Assembly (NCBI GenBank): GCA_016186795.1
Contig: JACPKY010000002.1
Span: 154,593-218,592 of the forward strand
Direction of reading: 5' to 3'
Source of the DNA: Candidatus Gottesmanbacteria bacterium
GTDB taxonomy: Bacteria > Patescibacteriota > Microgenomatia > 2-02-FULL-39-11
DNA length: 64,000 nt
Shown here: one piece after another, positions 28,941 to 38,257 of the stretch
Numbering within the stretch: position 1 is the stretch's first letter
Layout of the letters: the number at the start of each line of letters is the position of its first letter
Translations under genes and position numbers: made by a program
The notes under the pieces: model-generated
The model's input: only the letters and a program-made list of their open reading frames with translations
The model's database searches: none
Told to the model about the DNA's origin: nothing

Positions 28941-30752
28941 ATGAACGCACAAACACATATTCGTAATTTTGCCATTGTTGCTCATATTGATCATGGGAAA
29001 TCGACACTTGCTGATCGTTTACTGGAGATGACGCACACAGTCGAAGAAAGACTCATGAGGGAGCAAATATTGGATAGTAATCCAATTGAACGGGAACGGG
29101 GAATCACAATCAAACTTGCACCGGTCCGAATGAATTACCGATATAAGGGCCAAAATTATATTCTCAATCTTATTGATACTCCGGGACATGTTGATTTTTC
29201 ATACGAAGTGTCTCGATCGTTGGCAGCGTGTGAAGGGATTCTTCTCGTTGTTGATGCATCTCAGGGAATCCAAGCGCAAACGATTGCCCATATGCAACTT
29301 GTGAAGATGCGAAATCTCAAAGTTATTCCAATCCTGAATAAAATAGATCTTCCAACCGCAAAAATCGAAGAAACAAAAAAAGCTCTCTCAGATATGTTTG
29401 GCTTTTCAAATAGTGAGATTCTGGAGGTTTCGGCAAAGACAGGGAAAAACATCGACAAAGTGCTTTCCTCAGTTATAGAAAAGATACCCCCTCCTTCAGG
29501 GGAACCGTCAAAATCACTCCGGGCACTAATTTTTTCATCGCAGTATGACGTGCATCGAGGGGTCGTTGTGTATGTACGTATTGTTGACGGAAACCTCGAA
29601 CTCACTTCCTTGAAAAATAGTGGCGGATTTCGAAGACAATTAAAATTTCTTGCATCTGGTATCGTATCTGCACCTCTCGATATAGGAATTTTTACGCCTT
29701 CGATGAAACCAGCACCCCAACTTCTCTGCGGAGAAGTTGGTTTCATTGCAACAGGTCTCAAAGATGTACGGCTTGCCCGTGTAGGAGATACGATCACCTG
29801 GGAGGATCAATTGCCACCTCCACTACCTGGATATCAGGAGCCAAAACCAATGGTATTTCTTAGTATTTACCCAACCGATTCGAGCCAATACCTTGAACTT
29901 CGTGAATCGTTTGCCAAACTTCATCTTTCTGATAGTTCTTTTTCTTACTCACCACATTCATCCCCTGCTCTTGGGAAAGGATTTTTGTGCGGTTTCTTAG
30001 GTCTTCTTCATGCCGACGTTATCAAAGAGCGACTAGAGCGGGAATTTGCCGTAAATATTATTGCTACAGCCCCAACTGTAGAATACACACTCGTTCTAAC
30101 TTCCGGAAAAACTCTTGTTGTTCATACGCCGGAGGATTTTCCCGATCGATCCCTCATCAAAACAATCAAAGAGCCGCTGATGTACATGACAATTTTTACT
30201 CCAGCGCAAACTGTCGGAAGTATCATACAACTCTGTCAGGAGAAACGAGGACAAATGGTAAATCTTGACTATATTGGAGACCAGGCGAAATTTACATATA
30301 CAATTCCACTTGCCGAAATGATTGTCGATTTTTTTGATCGGTTAAAATCGGTAACTTCTGGATACGCGAGCCTTGATTATGAATTATATGAATTAGGAGA
30401 AGTGGATGCCGTAAAGTTAGATGTATACATTAATCGGGAGCCGGTTGATGCGTTTTCCCAGATCGTTGTTGCCGAAAAAGCACAGTATACTGCCGAAAAA
30501 CTTGTGGAGAAACTGAAACACCTCATTCCCCGTCATCAGTTCCAAATACCTATTCAAGCAGTAATCGGTGGTAAAATCATTTCCCGATCAGATGTAAAGG
30601 CGTTTCGCAAAGACGTAACGCAAAAGTTGTATGGTGGGGATAGAACCCGGAAGGATAAGCTACTTGAGGCACAGAGAAAAGGGAAAAAGCGAATGCGAGA
30701 ATTTGGAAACGTTTCTATTCCCCAGGAGGTATTTTTAGATATTTATAAATAA
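28941..30752 (+). CDS. lepA: Elongation factor 4 (LepA)
   Basis: IRNFAIVAHIDHGKSTLADRLL G1 motif, DTPGHVDF, NKIDL, and the LepA-specific C-terminal domain. Confidence 0.9.
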   Translation: MNAQTHIRNFAIVAHIDHGKSTLADRLLEMTHTVEERLMREQILDSNPIERERGITIKLAPVRMNYRYKGQNYILNLIDTPGHVDFSYEVSRSLAACEGILLVVDASQGIQAQTIAHMQLVKMRNLKVIPILNKIDLPTAKIEETKKALSDMFGFSNSEILEVSAKTGKNIDKVLSSVIEKIPPPSGEPSKSLRALIFSSQYDVHRGVVVYVRIVDGNLELTSLKNSGGFRRQLKFLASGIVSAPLDIGIFTPSMKPAPQLLCGEVGFIATGLKDVRLARVGDTITWEDQLPPPLPGYQEPKPMVFLSIYPTDSSQYLELRESFAKLHLSDSSFSYSPHSSPALGKGFLCGFLGLLHADVIKERLEREFAVNIIATAPTVEYTLVLTSGKTLVVHTPEDFPDRSLIKTIKEPLMYMTIFTPAQTVGSIIQLCQEKRGQMVNLDYIGDQAKFTYTIPLAEMIVDFFDRLKSVTSGYASLDYELYELGEVDAVKLDVYINREPVDAFSQIVVAEKAQYTAEKLVEKLKHLIPRHQFQIPIQAVIGGKIISRSDVKAFRKDVTQKLYGGDRTRKDKLLEAQRKGKKRMREFGNVSIPQEVFLDIYK

Positions 30753-30765
30753 AAGTTGGAAAATT

Positions 30766-32469
30766 TTATACTATTTCCTCTTTTTTCAACCGGACGAATC
30801 GCGCCCATTCATCAATAACTTCAACAATAGCTTTCAGAGGCATTTCAATAATAAAGTCGAAGAAGAATATTAGTATATTGAATTTTGTAAGAACTTCATC
30901 AGAGAGAATTTGACCAACTCGCATGACAGGTATGGAAAAAAAGTCTATAACTGGGGTGAAGGCACTCTCATTCTCAATAACAAGATATTCTTTGGTGATA
31001 CTGACAACCCGAAAAGCAAAAAATGTTACCAGTGTAACGAAAAAGATAAATATTCCTTGACTAACGACACTGAATTTAAGAAGTGTGAGTACGTAAATAA
31101 TTGTTCCAAAGCTCACAAGATATGTGAAAAGATAAATAAGAGTGAAAAGTGTTGTAAACAACGGACTCTTCACTCGAATACGCTGATTGAGAATAAGCGT
31201 TGGTCTGGTTTCTGCATCAGAGGGATCGTTTGCGATAATACCTTTAATCAGTTGGAAAATTTTTTTCGTGTTTTCGTCTCCAGGGATACGGACAGAAAGA
31301 ATGATGACACCCATGAGAACCGGTGGAAAAATGATGTTGATCCCTAGTGGAATATACGATACCGATTGGACAATATATTTATCGTATGGAAATTCAATGA
31401 GGAATGCAAAAAGCACTTTCGTTAAGACGATATAAATAAACGATCGGATACCAGTCCTTCGGAGGCGATCTTTTGTTTCCTCGTACCGTTTTCTACAGGC
31501 TTCATCGACCTTATCTTTGAGTTTTGCTTCATCAGTAAGAATTGATTCAATTGATCTAGATGCTTTATTGAAAATATCTCGCATGATAAAAAACGGCGGC
31601 ATTTGCTTTTTTACATAGCGGAATATCTTATCGCTATATTCATTTCGAAGGCTTTTGGTTATTTCTTGATAAGACGCATAGAACTGCGGAATAACATTGT
31701 CTGCAGTTTTCCAACTAACGCGGGTTATTTCGGGAATGACAAGTTTTAGAAGGTGGTAACTAATAAGTGGGTTATCACTATGCGCAAATGCCCGTTCAAC
31801 GGCAACATAGACCAGAATATCACGGTCCTTTACATTATTATTAACTGGAGCTATTTGCGGGCGAATGATTTGATAGACATAGTTTGTAAATGCTTCACGT
31901 CGGTGGTCGGGAGAAAGAAGTTCTTCTATTTCGCAGGAGAGAACTTCAAGAATGAATTGTCCTATTCTTTCCTGTTCTTTTGAGGATCGACCAGCAGAAA
32001 TTTCGTTCCGAATGAAAAAATACTTATCAATAATTCCCTGCACCTCAGGAATTTTTTCTTCCCCAATCGTATTATTTTCGTAATATCGAGCCCACAATAG
32101 CTCTTTGATCAAAACCTCTGCAATATCTCTTCCATTTTCATTTAGTAACATCCGCCGTTTGATGATTCGCTCAATAGTGGCCCGTTTTATAAGATGTTCT
32201 TCGCGAAATTCCACAGCATTACGCATCTTTTCGTAGAGGAAAGCAATGAGTGATACTGTTTGGGAAACGGAGATTTTGTTTGGAGAAAGTGTTACTTTTG
32301 TGTGATTTTCCAGCCAACTGGTTATCAAGGCCTTGCTATATTTCGATATTTCTATCGCATCCCCACGAAGTTCTTCACTTCCAAGAGCATCATCATGACC
32401 AATATCAGGCGTGTTGATACTATTTACACTTTTTGCGCCTTCTTTATTGTGAGTGGATGGATGATCCAT
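30766..32469 (-). CDS. Hypothetical membrane protein: large soluble N-terminal domain plus C-terminal TM helices. Start moved to the internal Met to avoid tRNA-His.
   Basis: Long ORF (30766..32517). Hydrophobic C-terminal third. No recognisable catalytic motif. Confidence 0.4.
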   Translation of the reverse strand: MDHPSTHNKEGAKSVNSINTPDIGHDDALGSEELRGDAIEISKYSKALITSWLENHTKVTLSPNKISVSQTVSLIAFLYEKMRNAVEFREEHLIKRATIERIIKRRMLLNENGRDIAEVLIKELLWARYYENNTIGEEKIPEVQGIIDKYFFIRNEISAGRSSKEQERIGQFILEVLSCEIEELLSPDHRREAFTNYVYQIIRPQIAPVNNNVKDRDILVYVAVERAFAHSDNPLISYHLLKLVIPEITRVSWKTADNVIPQFYASYQEITKSLRNEYSDKIFRYVKKQMPPFFIMRDIFNKASRSIESILTDEAKLKDKVDEACRKRYEETKDRLRRTGIRSFIYIVLTKVLFAFLIEFPYDKYIVQSVSYIPLGINIIFPPVLMGVIILSVRIPGDENTKKIFQLIKGIIANDPSDAETRPTLILNQRIRVKSPLFTTLFTLIYLFTYLVSFGTIIYVLTLLKFSVVSQGIFIFFVTLVTFFAFRVVSITKEYLVIENESAFTPVIDFFSIPVMRVGQILSDEVLTKFNILIFFFDFIIEMPLKAIVEVIDEWARFVRLKKEEIV

Positions 32470-32477
32470 ATTGTTGG

Positions 32478-32550
32478 GGTGGTCGACGGGATTTGAACCC
32501 GCAACTTTCAGCTCCACAAGCTGATGCTCTGCCGTTGAGCTACGACCACC
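32478..32550 (-). tRNA. tRNA-His (anticodon GTG) with G-1
   Basis: Manual fold: extra 5' G, GTGGTCG/CGACCAC acceptor, anticodon loop TTGTGGA, T loop TTCAAAT, discriminator C. Confidence 0.75.
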
Positions 32551-32592
32551 GAATAATACGGGTTCGAGAGCACACCCTCCTGCTATTATAAA

Positions 32593-33792
32593 TTATATGG
32601 CGCTGGAAATAAACTTAGAGACAACGGGAAACGAGGTGAGCTGTCGAATAAGAGACTGGAAAAAGGAAGGACGGGAGGGAGGAGAATTCATAACGCCCGA
32701 AAAGTTACTCTTCGTTGAAAGTCCAAGGATTGCCGATGGAATAAGTGTTGGAGTAAGGGCAAGGGATGGTTCCCCTTTTGCTTTCGCAAGTTCTTGATAT
32801 GTGTCAAATTGAGGATAAAATTCATCCTCTCCAGGTCGTTGCCATGAGAAGTTTGCAAAAGGATAGCTTTGGTAGTTGAGGATAAATGGTGTGATTGCAA
32901 TGATGCGAGGATCACTCCACACACTCGATGCCGCAATTTCTATCTCTTTTGCCACACTCTCAGCGGGAAGATAGGAAGGATTGGCATAGATGCCTTCTTG
33001 ATGCGCCCATCCGGTTTCAGTGATAAATACAGGAAAATTCTTCTTAATTCCGTATTCTGAGAGTAGCTCAAGTTCCCACTCGTATGTGGCTAAACTTCCC
33101 CTTCCTCGCTTGTCAGCTCTTCCCGAAAAACCGGGATTTGGATAAGAATGAGATGTCCAACCGTCGATCGAAGAAAAAAGAAGGGGGTTATGTTCAATCA
33201 TACGAGCCAAAAATTCGCGCTCATCCATTGTTTCTGCACCATTGGGTGCAGATGCATCTAATCCTGCGGGTAGTATGAAGAAATCTTCTGATTTTTGTTT
33301 CAGAGCAGCCGAGTAATGGATAAGAATATCGGCATATTCCTCAGGAGAGAGATATCCTCCCCACTCTTTTGCATGATTTGGTTCATTAAAAAGTATAATG
33401 TAGCGGTTTTTTGTGACCCACGATAGAGAGGAAAGGAATTCTGCCCAGGAATCAATATCTTTAAGTCCTGCAGGTTCCCACAAGTTTCCAATCGGCTTCG
33501 TAGCTAGTCGGACAAGTGGAATAAGGTGAAGCCTCCGAAATTCTTGGAAAATTCTGTTCCATTTCTCAACATTCCGTTCAGCAAGTGGAATAACGACTGT
33601 AACATATCCCCAGTCGCCTCCATTGGAGTTTACAAGACGTGCTGCAGTTCCCAGATCTGCTTCGTTGACAATATGAATACCGTACTTATTATTGGGAATG
33701 GTTCGGGGATCCTCAAAAGCGAAAGAGGGCCTTGCTACGGTAAATAGAAGGAAAAACAGAAGTCCAAGTAGAGAATATAGTCGGTAATGCAT
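32593..33792 (-). CDS. Secreted glycoside hydrolase, GH5-like (cellulase superfamily)
   Basis: Signal-peptide-like N-terminus. LFNEPN (acid/base Glu) and ITETGW (nucleophile Glu) motifs typical of clan GH-A. Confidence 0.55.
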   Translation of the reverse strand: MHYRLYSLLGLLFFLLFTVARPSFAFEDPRTIPNNKYGIHIVNEADLGTAARLVNSNGGDWGYVTVVIPLAERNVEKWNRIFQEFRRLHLIPLVRLATKPIGNLWEPAGLKDIDSWAEFLSSLSWVTKNRYIILFNEPNHAKEWGGYLSPEEYADILIHYSAALKQKSEDFFILPAGLDASAPNGAETMDEREFLARMIEHNPLLFSSIDGWTSHSYPNPGFSGRADKRGRGSLATYEWELELLSEYGIKKNFPVFITETGWAHQEGIYANPSYLPAESVAKEIEIAASSVWSDPRIIAITPFILNYQSYPFANFSWQRPGEDEFYPQFDTYQELAKAKGEPSLALTPTLIPSAILGLSTKSNFSGVMNSPPSRPSFFQSLIRQLTSFPVVSKFISSAI

Positions 33793-33882
33793 AAAAAAGA
33801 TACGTGAGATCTCATTGTAACAATCTTCTAATAGACTTGCAATTGTAGCCTACTCCTCCTAGAATAGATCACACACGTTTTC

Positions 33883-33958
33883 GGGGATTAGCTCAGTTGG
33901 CTAGAGCGTGCGCTTTGGGAGCGTAAGGCCGCCCGTTCAAGTCGGGCATCCCCGACCA
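33883..33958 (+). tRNA. tRNA-Pro (anticodon TGG)
   Basis: Manual fold: GGGGATT/ATCCCCG acceptor, anticodon loop TTTGGGA, T loop TTCAAGT. CCA is encoded. Confidence 0.75.
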
Positions 33959-33961
33959 AAA

Positions 33962-34414
33962 GTGAGATTTGCACAATTTCCATTGTGGATTTTTATCCTT
34001 ATTGCAGTAACATTTGCAAGCCTAATTTTTCTCTCTCCCCACGATACAAAAACTATACCGGTACAAGTGGGAAGTGAAGTCTTTACGGCATGGAAGGCAG
34101 ATACCGATTCGCTTCGGATGAAAGGACTTTCAGGAAAGACGTCTATGCCTTCAAATTTCGGGATGCTTTTCCTTTTTCCGGAGGCAAATTATCACACATT
34201 TTGGATGAAAGATATGAAGTTTCCTCTTGATTTCATTTGGATTCGGAATCACATAATAGTCGATCTTACCCAGGAGGTTCCTCCGCCTGTGGATAAATTG
34301 GAAACATCGCTTCCGACGTATTCACCACGAGAAGTAGTTAATGCAGTGTTGGAGGTAAATGCCGGATTTGTCGGTCAGCATGGAATCCGTATCGGAGATG
34401 CAGTAAACTATTAG
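33962..34414 (+). CDS. DUF192 (COG1430) family protein. Start inferred at GTG after tRNA-Pro.
   Basis: KFPLDFIWIRNHIIVDL matches the DUF192 conserved LDiaFiD block. N-terminal TM helix. Confidence 0.5.
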   Translation: MRFAQFPLWIFILIAVTFASLIFLSPHDTKTIPVQVGSEVFTAWKADTDSLRMKGLSGKTSMPSNFGMLFLFPEANYHTFWMKDMKFPLDFIWIRNHIIVDLTQEVPPPVDKLETSLPTYSPREVVNAVLEVNAGFVGQHGIRIGDAVNY

Positions 34415-34591
34415 ATGCGATGGATACAGGAAATTCTCAATATACAAACGAACCACTCTCAACACGAGTTCTTCATTTCATTCAAGGAATTTGGCCCTCG
34501 ATTTATCGAACAATAAACGATCTATTTTTTGGAACAATTCACTTTGTTGTAGATACACTCCGCGGTCTGTGGCCAAGATAATTCGAAGCTG

Positions 34592-34694
34592 GTATAATAG
34601 CTTTATCCAAAATTGCGAAGCAATTTTAAAGGAGGAATGACGAAGTGCTAAATCCCGATAAAATCGGGATGATAAGCGAAGTCAATTCCGACGC
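34592..34694 (+). promoter_or_regulatory. Conserved tRNA-Gly leader, copy A
   Basis: TGGTATAAT extended -10, hairpin AATTGC-GAA-GCAATT, AAGGAGG followed by ATGACGAAGTGCTAA, and hairpin ATCCCGAT-AAA-ATCGGGAT. Near-identical to 41614..41716. Confidence 0.45.
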
Positions 34695-34769
34695 GCGGGC
34701 GTAGTTCAGCGGTAGAATGTCTCCCTTCCAAGGAGAAGGTCACCGGTTCAAATCCGGCCGCCCGCTCCA
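34695..34769 (+). tRNA. tRNA-Gly (anticodon TCC)
   Basis: Manual fold: GCGGGCG/CGCCCGC acceptor, anticodon loop CTTCCAA, T loop TTCAAAT. CCA is encoded. Confidence 0.8.
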
Positions 34770-34785
34770 ATCTCACTTATCCCCT

Positions 34786-34858
34786 GGCCCGGTAGCTTAA
34801 CGGATAAAGCAACTCCCTTCTAAGGAGTAGACTGAGCGTTCGATTCGCTCCCGGGTCG
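34786..34858 (+). tRNA. tRNA-Arg (anticodon TCT)
   Basis: Manual fold: GGCCCGG/CCGGGTC acceptor, anticodon loop CTTCTAA, T loop GTTCGATT region. Confidence 0.7.
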
Positions 34859-34968
34859 CAATTTATTGCAAAAGAAAGCGCTAGGTAGAAAGATGTGGTT
34901 CGGCAAAATGCCAAATTGAAAATTGCATTTTGGTGCAACCATCTTTTACTCTAGCGCGTTTCTTGCGT

Positions 34969-35244
34969 TCATTTTGACTGCTTGCGGTGTCTCCTTTTTT
35001 TTGGGTAAGGTGAGCGGGTATCAATAAGAATAAGATGAATTGTTAACTGCCGCTCGGTTGTGGAAACCATAACTCCATTTATTACAATGTCTCCCTTGTA
35101 TGGAACCTTAGCCCCTTTCTTTCGTGCAACCTTGAGGACGTCAATTACCAGACAGATCTCTGGAGTTTCGATATCCCATTCTGTGCCCGTTAAGTCTATA
35201 ACTGTCCGTTTCATATTCTTTTTCTCCTTTTCTATCACTACCAC
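34969..35244 (-). CDS. Small hypothetical protein
   Basis: 91 aa ORF (probable start MKRTVIDL). No motif; in an intergenic stretch between the tRNA cluster and the CYTH gene. Confidence 0.25.
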   Translation of the reverse strand: MVVIEKEKKNMKRTVIDLTGTEWDIETPEICLVIDVLKVARKKGAKVPYKGDIVINGVMVSTTERQLTIHLILIDTRSPYPKKRRHRKQSK

Positions 35245-35513
35245 TGAAAAAATGATGGGTCGGTCTTCAGTGGATAATATTCAGGTTGGAGTTGAAATAC
35301 TCCAGAAGCAAAACCCCAACCGAGGAAAGCAAGAAATATCAGTATAAGAAGTGCTAAAATGATTAACACAAGTCCCCTTTGGTATGAATCGGTCATACGG
35401 TTTCCTCCTTTTTTTAACCCCGATGCGGCTTCCCATTTGAAGACGCAGAAGATAAAAGGTATAAGCCCTCTATCTACCGCGTCTTCACTTATCCGCAAGC
35501 TGTCAATGTGCAA
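35238..35513 (-). CDS. Small hypothetical membrane protein
   Basis: ORF with one hydrophobic helix (LVLIILALLILIFLAFLGWGF). Weak support. Confidence 0.2.
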   Translation of the reverse strand: MHIDSLRISEDAVDRGLIPFIFCVFKWEAASGLKKGGNRMTDSYQRGLVLIILALLILIFLAFLGWGFASGVFQLQPEYYPLKTDPSFFQW

Positions 35514-35683
35514 GAAAATTGGTATTAAAAAAAAGAGAGCAACAAATCGCTACTGATCTGTTCTCTCCATTGAGAAACATCCTATTATAGGGTATTTCTA
35601 CGAAAAAGAAAACTATCCATTCACTAATTGACAAATGAAGACGTGGATAGTACCGTAGACATTATTTTTCCAAAAAAGAATAT

Positions 35684-36364
35684 ATGCCCAAAAAACAGTT
35701 TGAAATTGAAGTAAAGGTTCTACTGGGAAGTAAAAATGCGGTTGACACATGTCTGGCAAAACTTCGCAAACGTGATCCGCATTTTTTAATTCACAAACGA
35801 AGTTCTCAATTAAATCACTATTTTCTCTCTGGAAACGTTGAAAAACTTCTCACTGCACTTTCTCCTTTTTTAAAAAGAAATACAAAAAAGGAATTATCAG
35901 AGATACTGAAGGGTGTAACGAACTATTCTCTTCGCACACGATGGGAAGATGGTAAAACGACTCTCGTTGCGAAGGCATCCACTCACGGGAAAGATAGTGT
36001 TCACGATCTTAAGAGGCGTGAATTTGAGACGATTCTTCCACTATCAATTGAGGAACTGGACAAACTTCTTTTATCGTCAGGATTTTCATATCAATCGAAG
36101 TGGTCAAGAGTACGAAATACATACAGCTATAAGGATCTCACTGTGTGTATCGATAAAAATGCCGGGTACGGGTACCTAGCTGAATTTGAGAAAGTCATTT
36201 ATAATGAGAAAGACGTAGAAAAGGCAAAAAAAGCAATTCTTGCCGAATTGACTGACTTAGATTTGGAAGAACTTCCAAATGATAGGTTAAACAGAATGTT
36301 TTCGTACTATAATGCTCATTGGCAAGAGTACTATCAAACAGAAGTTACGTTTATTGTCGAGTAG
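35684..36364 (+). CDS. CYTH-domain protein (triphosphate tunnel metalloenzyme; CyaB/thiamine-triphosphatase-like)
   Basis: N-terminal EIEVKVLL (ExExK) signature of the CYTH domain. 226 aa. Confidence 0.6.
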   Translation: MPKKQFEIEVKVLLGSKNAVDTCLAKLRKRDPHFLIHKRSSQLNHYFLSGNVEKLLTALSPFLKRNTKKELSEILKGVTNYSLRTRWEDGKTTLVAKASTHGKDSVHDLKRREFETILPLSIEELDKLLLSSGFSYQSKWSRVRNTYSYKDLTVCIDKNAGYGYLAEFEKVIYNEKDVEKAKKAILAELTDLDLEELPNDRLNRMFSYYNAHWQEYYQTEVTFIVE

Positions 36365-36365
36365 T

Positions 36366-37322
36366 ATGAAGAAGAGTAATCTTTCTCATCCCGAGTACCA
36401 GTATCTTACTCTTTGCCGCGATATTCTGGAAAATGGTACAGACAAAAAAGTCTATAACGCAGAAACGTATATACGGAGTGTCTTTGGCAGACAAATTCGT
36501 TTTGACCTTTCAAAAGGATTTCCCCTCCTTACAACGAAAAAAGTATTTCTTCGGGGGATCATTTATGAACTTCTCTGGTTTGTATCGGGAAATTCCAATA
36601 TCATGTATTTAGTTGATAACAATGTTCATATTTGGGATGAATGGGCATACAAACCATATGCAGAAAAAGCAAAGTTAGGCAAAGTCCCAGCACTTTCCCA
36701 AGAAGCGTTTATCGAAAAAGTAAAAGTAGATGCGAAGTTTGCCAAGAAGTGGGGCGAACTCAATAATGTCTATGGGGCTCAGTGGCGAAGGTGGCCAACA
36801 TCTGATGGGAGGATTATTGATCAGCTTGGATGGGCAATCGAAAAATTGAAATCAACTCCATATCGCAAACACATCGTTGTTTCTGCGTGGAATCCTGAGT
36901 TTATTTATGAAATGGCATCATCAAGAGAAAAAGCAATGGCACTGCCCCCTTGTCATACTCTTTTTCAATTCAGTGTAACAGATGATAGACTTTCTCTTCA
37001 GTTGTATCAAAGGAGTGCGGATCTTTTCTTGGGAGTTCCATTTAACATAGCGAGTTACTCGTTACTTACCATGATGGTAGCTCAGGTAACAGGACTTAAA
37101 CCAGGAGAGTTTATCCAGACATTTGGCGATGTCCATATTTATAGTAACCATTTTGATCAAGTGAAAGAACAGATAACTCGTATCCCCAAAACATTTCCCA
37201 AAATGGTCCTCAACCCAAAAGTAAAAAATATTGACGAGTTTGTTTTTGAAGACTTTATTCTTCAAGGATACAATCCGCACCCTCCGATAAAGGGTGAAAT
37301 TACCGTTGTCGGTGGATTCTAA
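36366..37322 (+). CDS. thyA: Thymidylate synthase (ThyA), long form
   Basis: Catalytic Cys in the PPCH motif ([13 protein letters not shown]). [21 protein letters not shown] block. Start at the internal Met MKKSN. Confidence 0.85.
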   Translation: MKKSNLSHPEYQYLTLCRDILENGTDKKVYNAETYIRSVFGRQIRFDLSKGFPLLTTKKVFLRGIIYELLWFVSGNSNIMYLVDNNVHIWDEWAYKPYAEKAKLGKVPALSQEAFIEKVKVDAKFAKKWGELNNVYGAQWRRWPTSDGRIIDQLGWAIEKLKSTPYRKHIVVSAWNPEFIYEMASSREKAMALPPCHTLFQFSVTDDRLSLQLYQRSADLFLGVPFNIASYSLLTMMVAQVTGLKPGEFIQTFGDVHIYSNHFDQVKEQITRIPKTFPKMVLNPKVKNIDEFVFEDFILQGYNPHPPIKGEITVVGGF

Positions 37323-37332
37323 GTATATCCCA

Positions 37333-37818
37333 ATGGAAAAGCCCACTCTAAGTATCATTGCGGCGTTAGATGAGTCTCGTGCTATTGGTAAAAATAATAA
37401 ACTTCTTTGGCATATACCCGAAGATCTGAAACGATTCCGATTACTCACGATGAATCATCCAGTTATTATGGGGAGAAAAACATTTGAATCGATTGGACGT
37501 ATACTCCCAAATCGAACCAACATTATTGTTACTCGAAATCCTTCGTTTCGAGTTACAGGTGCAATCGTGTGCAATAGCCTAAATCTCGCATTAGAGAAAG
37601 CAAGAGATATCGAAAAAGAAGAAATATTTATCATTGGAGGGGCGCAAGTTTACGCGAAGGCAATAGGAAAAGTAGATAAACTTTACCTTACTCTTATTGA
37701 GGGATCACACGATGCAGATGCATTTTTTCCTCCATACGATGAGTTTTCAACTGTTGTGTCAAAAATTCCCTCGACCTCAGGGGGATACCACTACACGTTT
37801 CTTGAATTGATACGTTGA
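37333..37818 (+). CDS. folA: Dihydrofolate reductase
   Basis: LSIIAALDESRAIGKNNKLLWHIPEDLKRF...VIMGRKTFESIG DHFR signature. Directly follows thyA. Confidence 0.85.
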   Translation: MEKPTLSIIAALDESRAIGKNNKLLWHIPEDLKRFRLLTMNHPVIMGRKTFESIGRILPNRTNIIVTRNPSFRVTGAIVCNSLNLALEKARDIEKEEIFIIGGAQVYAKAIGKVDKLYLTLIEGSHDADAFFPPYDEFSTVVSKIPSTSGGYHYTFLELIR

Positions 37819-37831
37819 ACAGGATGTGCAC

Positions 37832-38257
37832 TTAGCCGTGGACTAGTTTTCTCTTATTAAGCCGAAGGGTAAAAAGGATCCCACCAAGAATCGAAAGCCC
37901 AAAATAAAGTACCTGGTAGATAATGATTTTCGTGCCTAGGTTCCAGTGAAACGGATCAAGAATAAAAAAAATATAAACGCTTCCCAAAAGTGAGTAAATA
38001 ACTTTTTTCTTCGGAATCCTAATTAAAAAATAAGCGATATACGGGATAAGAACAGGAGGCAGAAACTGAGTAATTTGTTCAATATCAAAGTATTGGAAAA
38101 AACATTTTAAAGTCGACCATGAAAAAATGGATAGTTTGTTATGGAGAAGCCGAATAAAAAAAAATGGCATACCAAAATCGGCCGGAATATCACTAAGTAA
38201 GCTGGTATATGTGGTATTGGCAATATCAACAATCGTACAAAAACCTAAATCTCCCAT
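37832..38257 (-). CDS. Hypothetical small membrane protein
   Basis: 141 aa ORF with several hydrophobic helices. No motif. Confidence 0.35.
   Translation of the reverse strand: MGDLGFCTIVDIANTTYTSLLSDIPADFGMPFFFIRLLHNKLSIFSWSTLKCFFQYFDIEQITQFLPPVLIPYIAYFLIRIPKKKVIYSLLGSVYIFFILDPFHWNLGTKIIIYQVLYFGLSILGGILFTLRLNKRKLVHG

Noticed and set aside
33908-33961. ATG-initiated 5' extension of the DUF192 ORF
   Set aside because: Overlaps tRNA-Pro on the same strand. An in-frame GTG at 33962, directly after the tRNA, is a more plausible start.
34621-34646. Translated leader peptide M-T-K-C upstream of tRNA-Gly
   Set aside because: Only 1 nt separates the AAGGAGG from the ATG, which is poor spacing for initiation. 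It is kept as a structural feature of the leader rather than called as a CDS.
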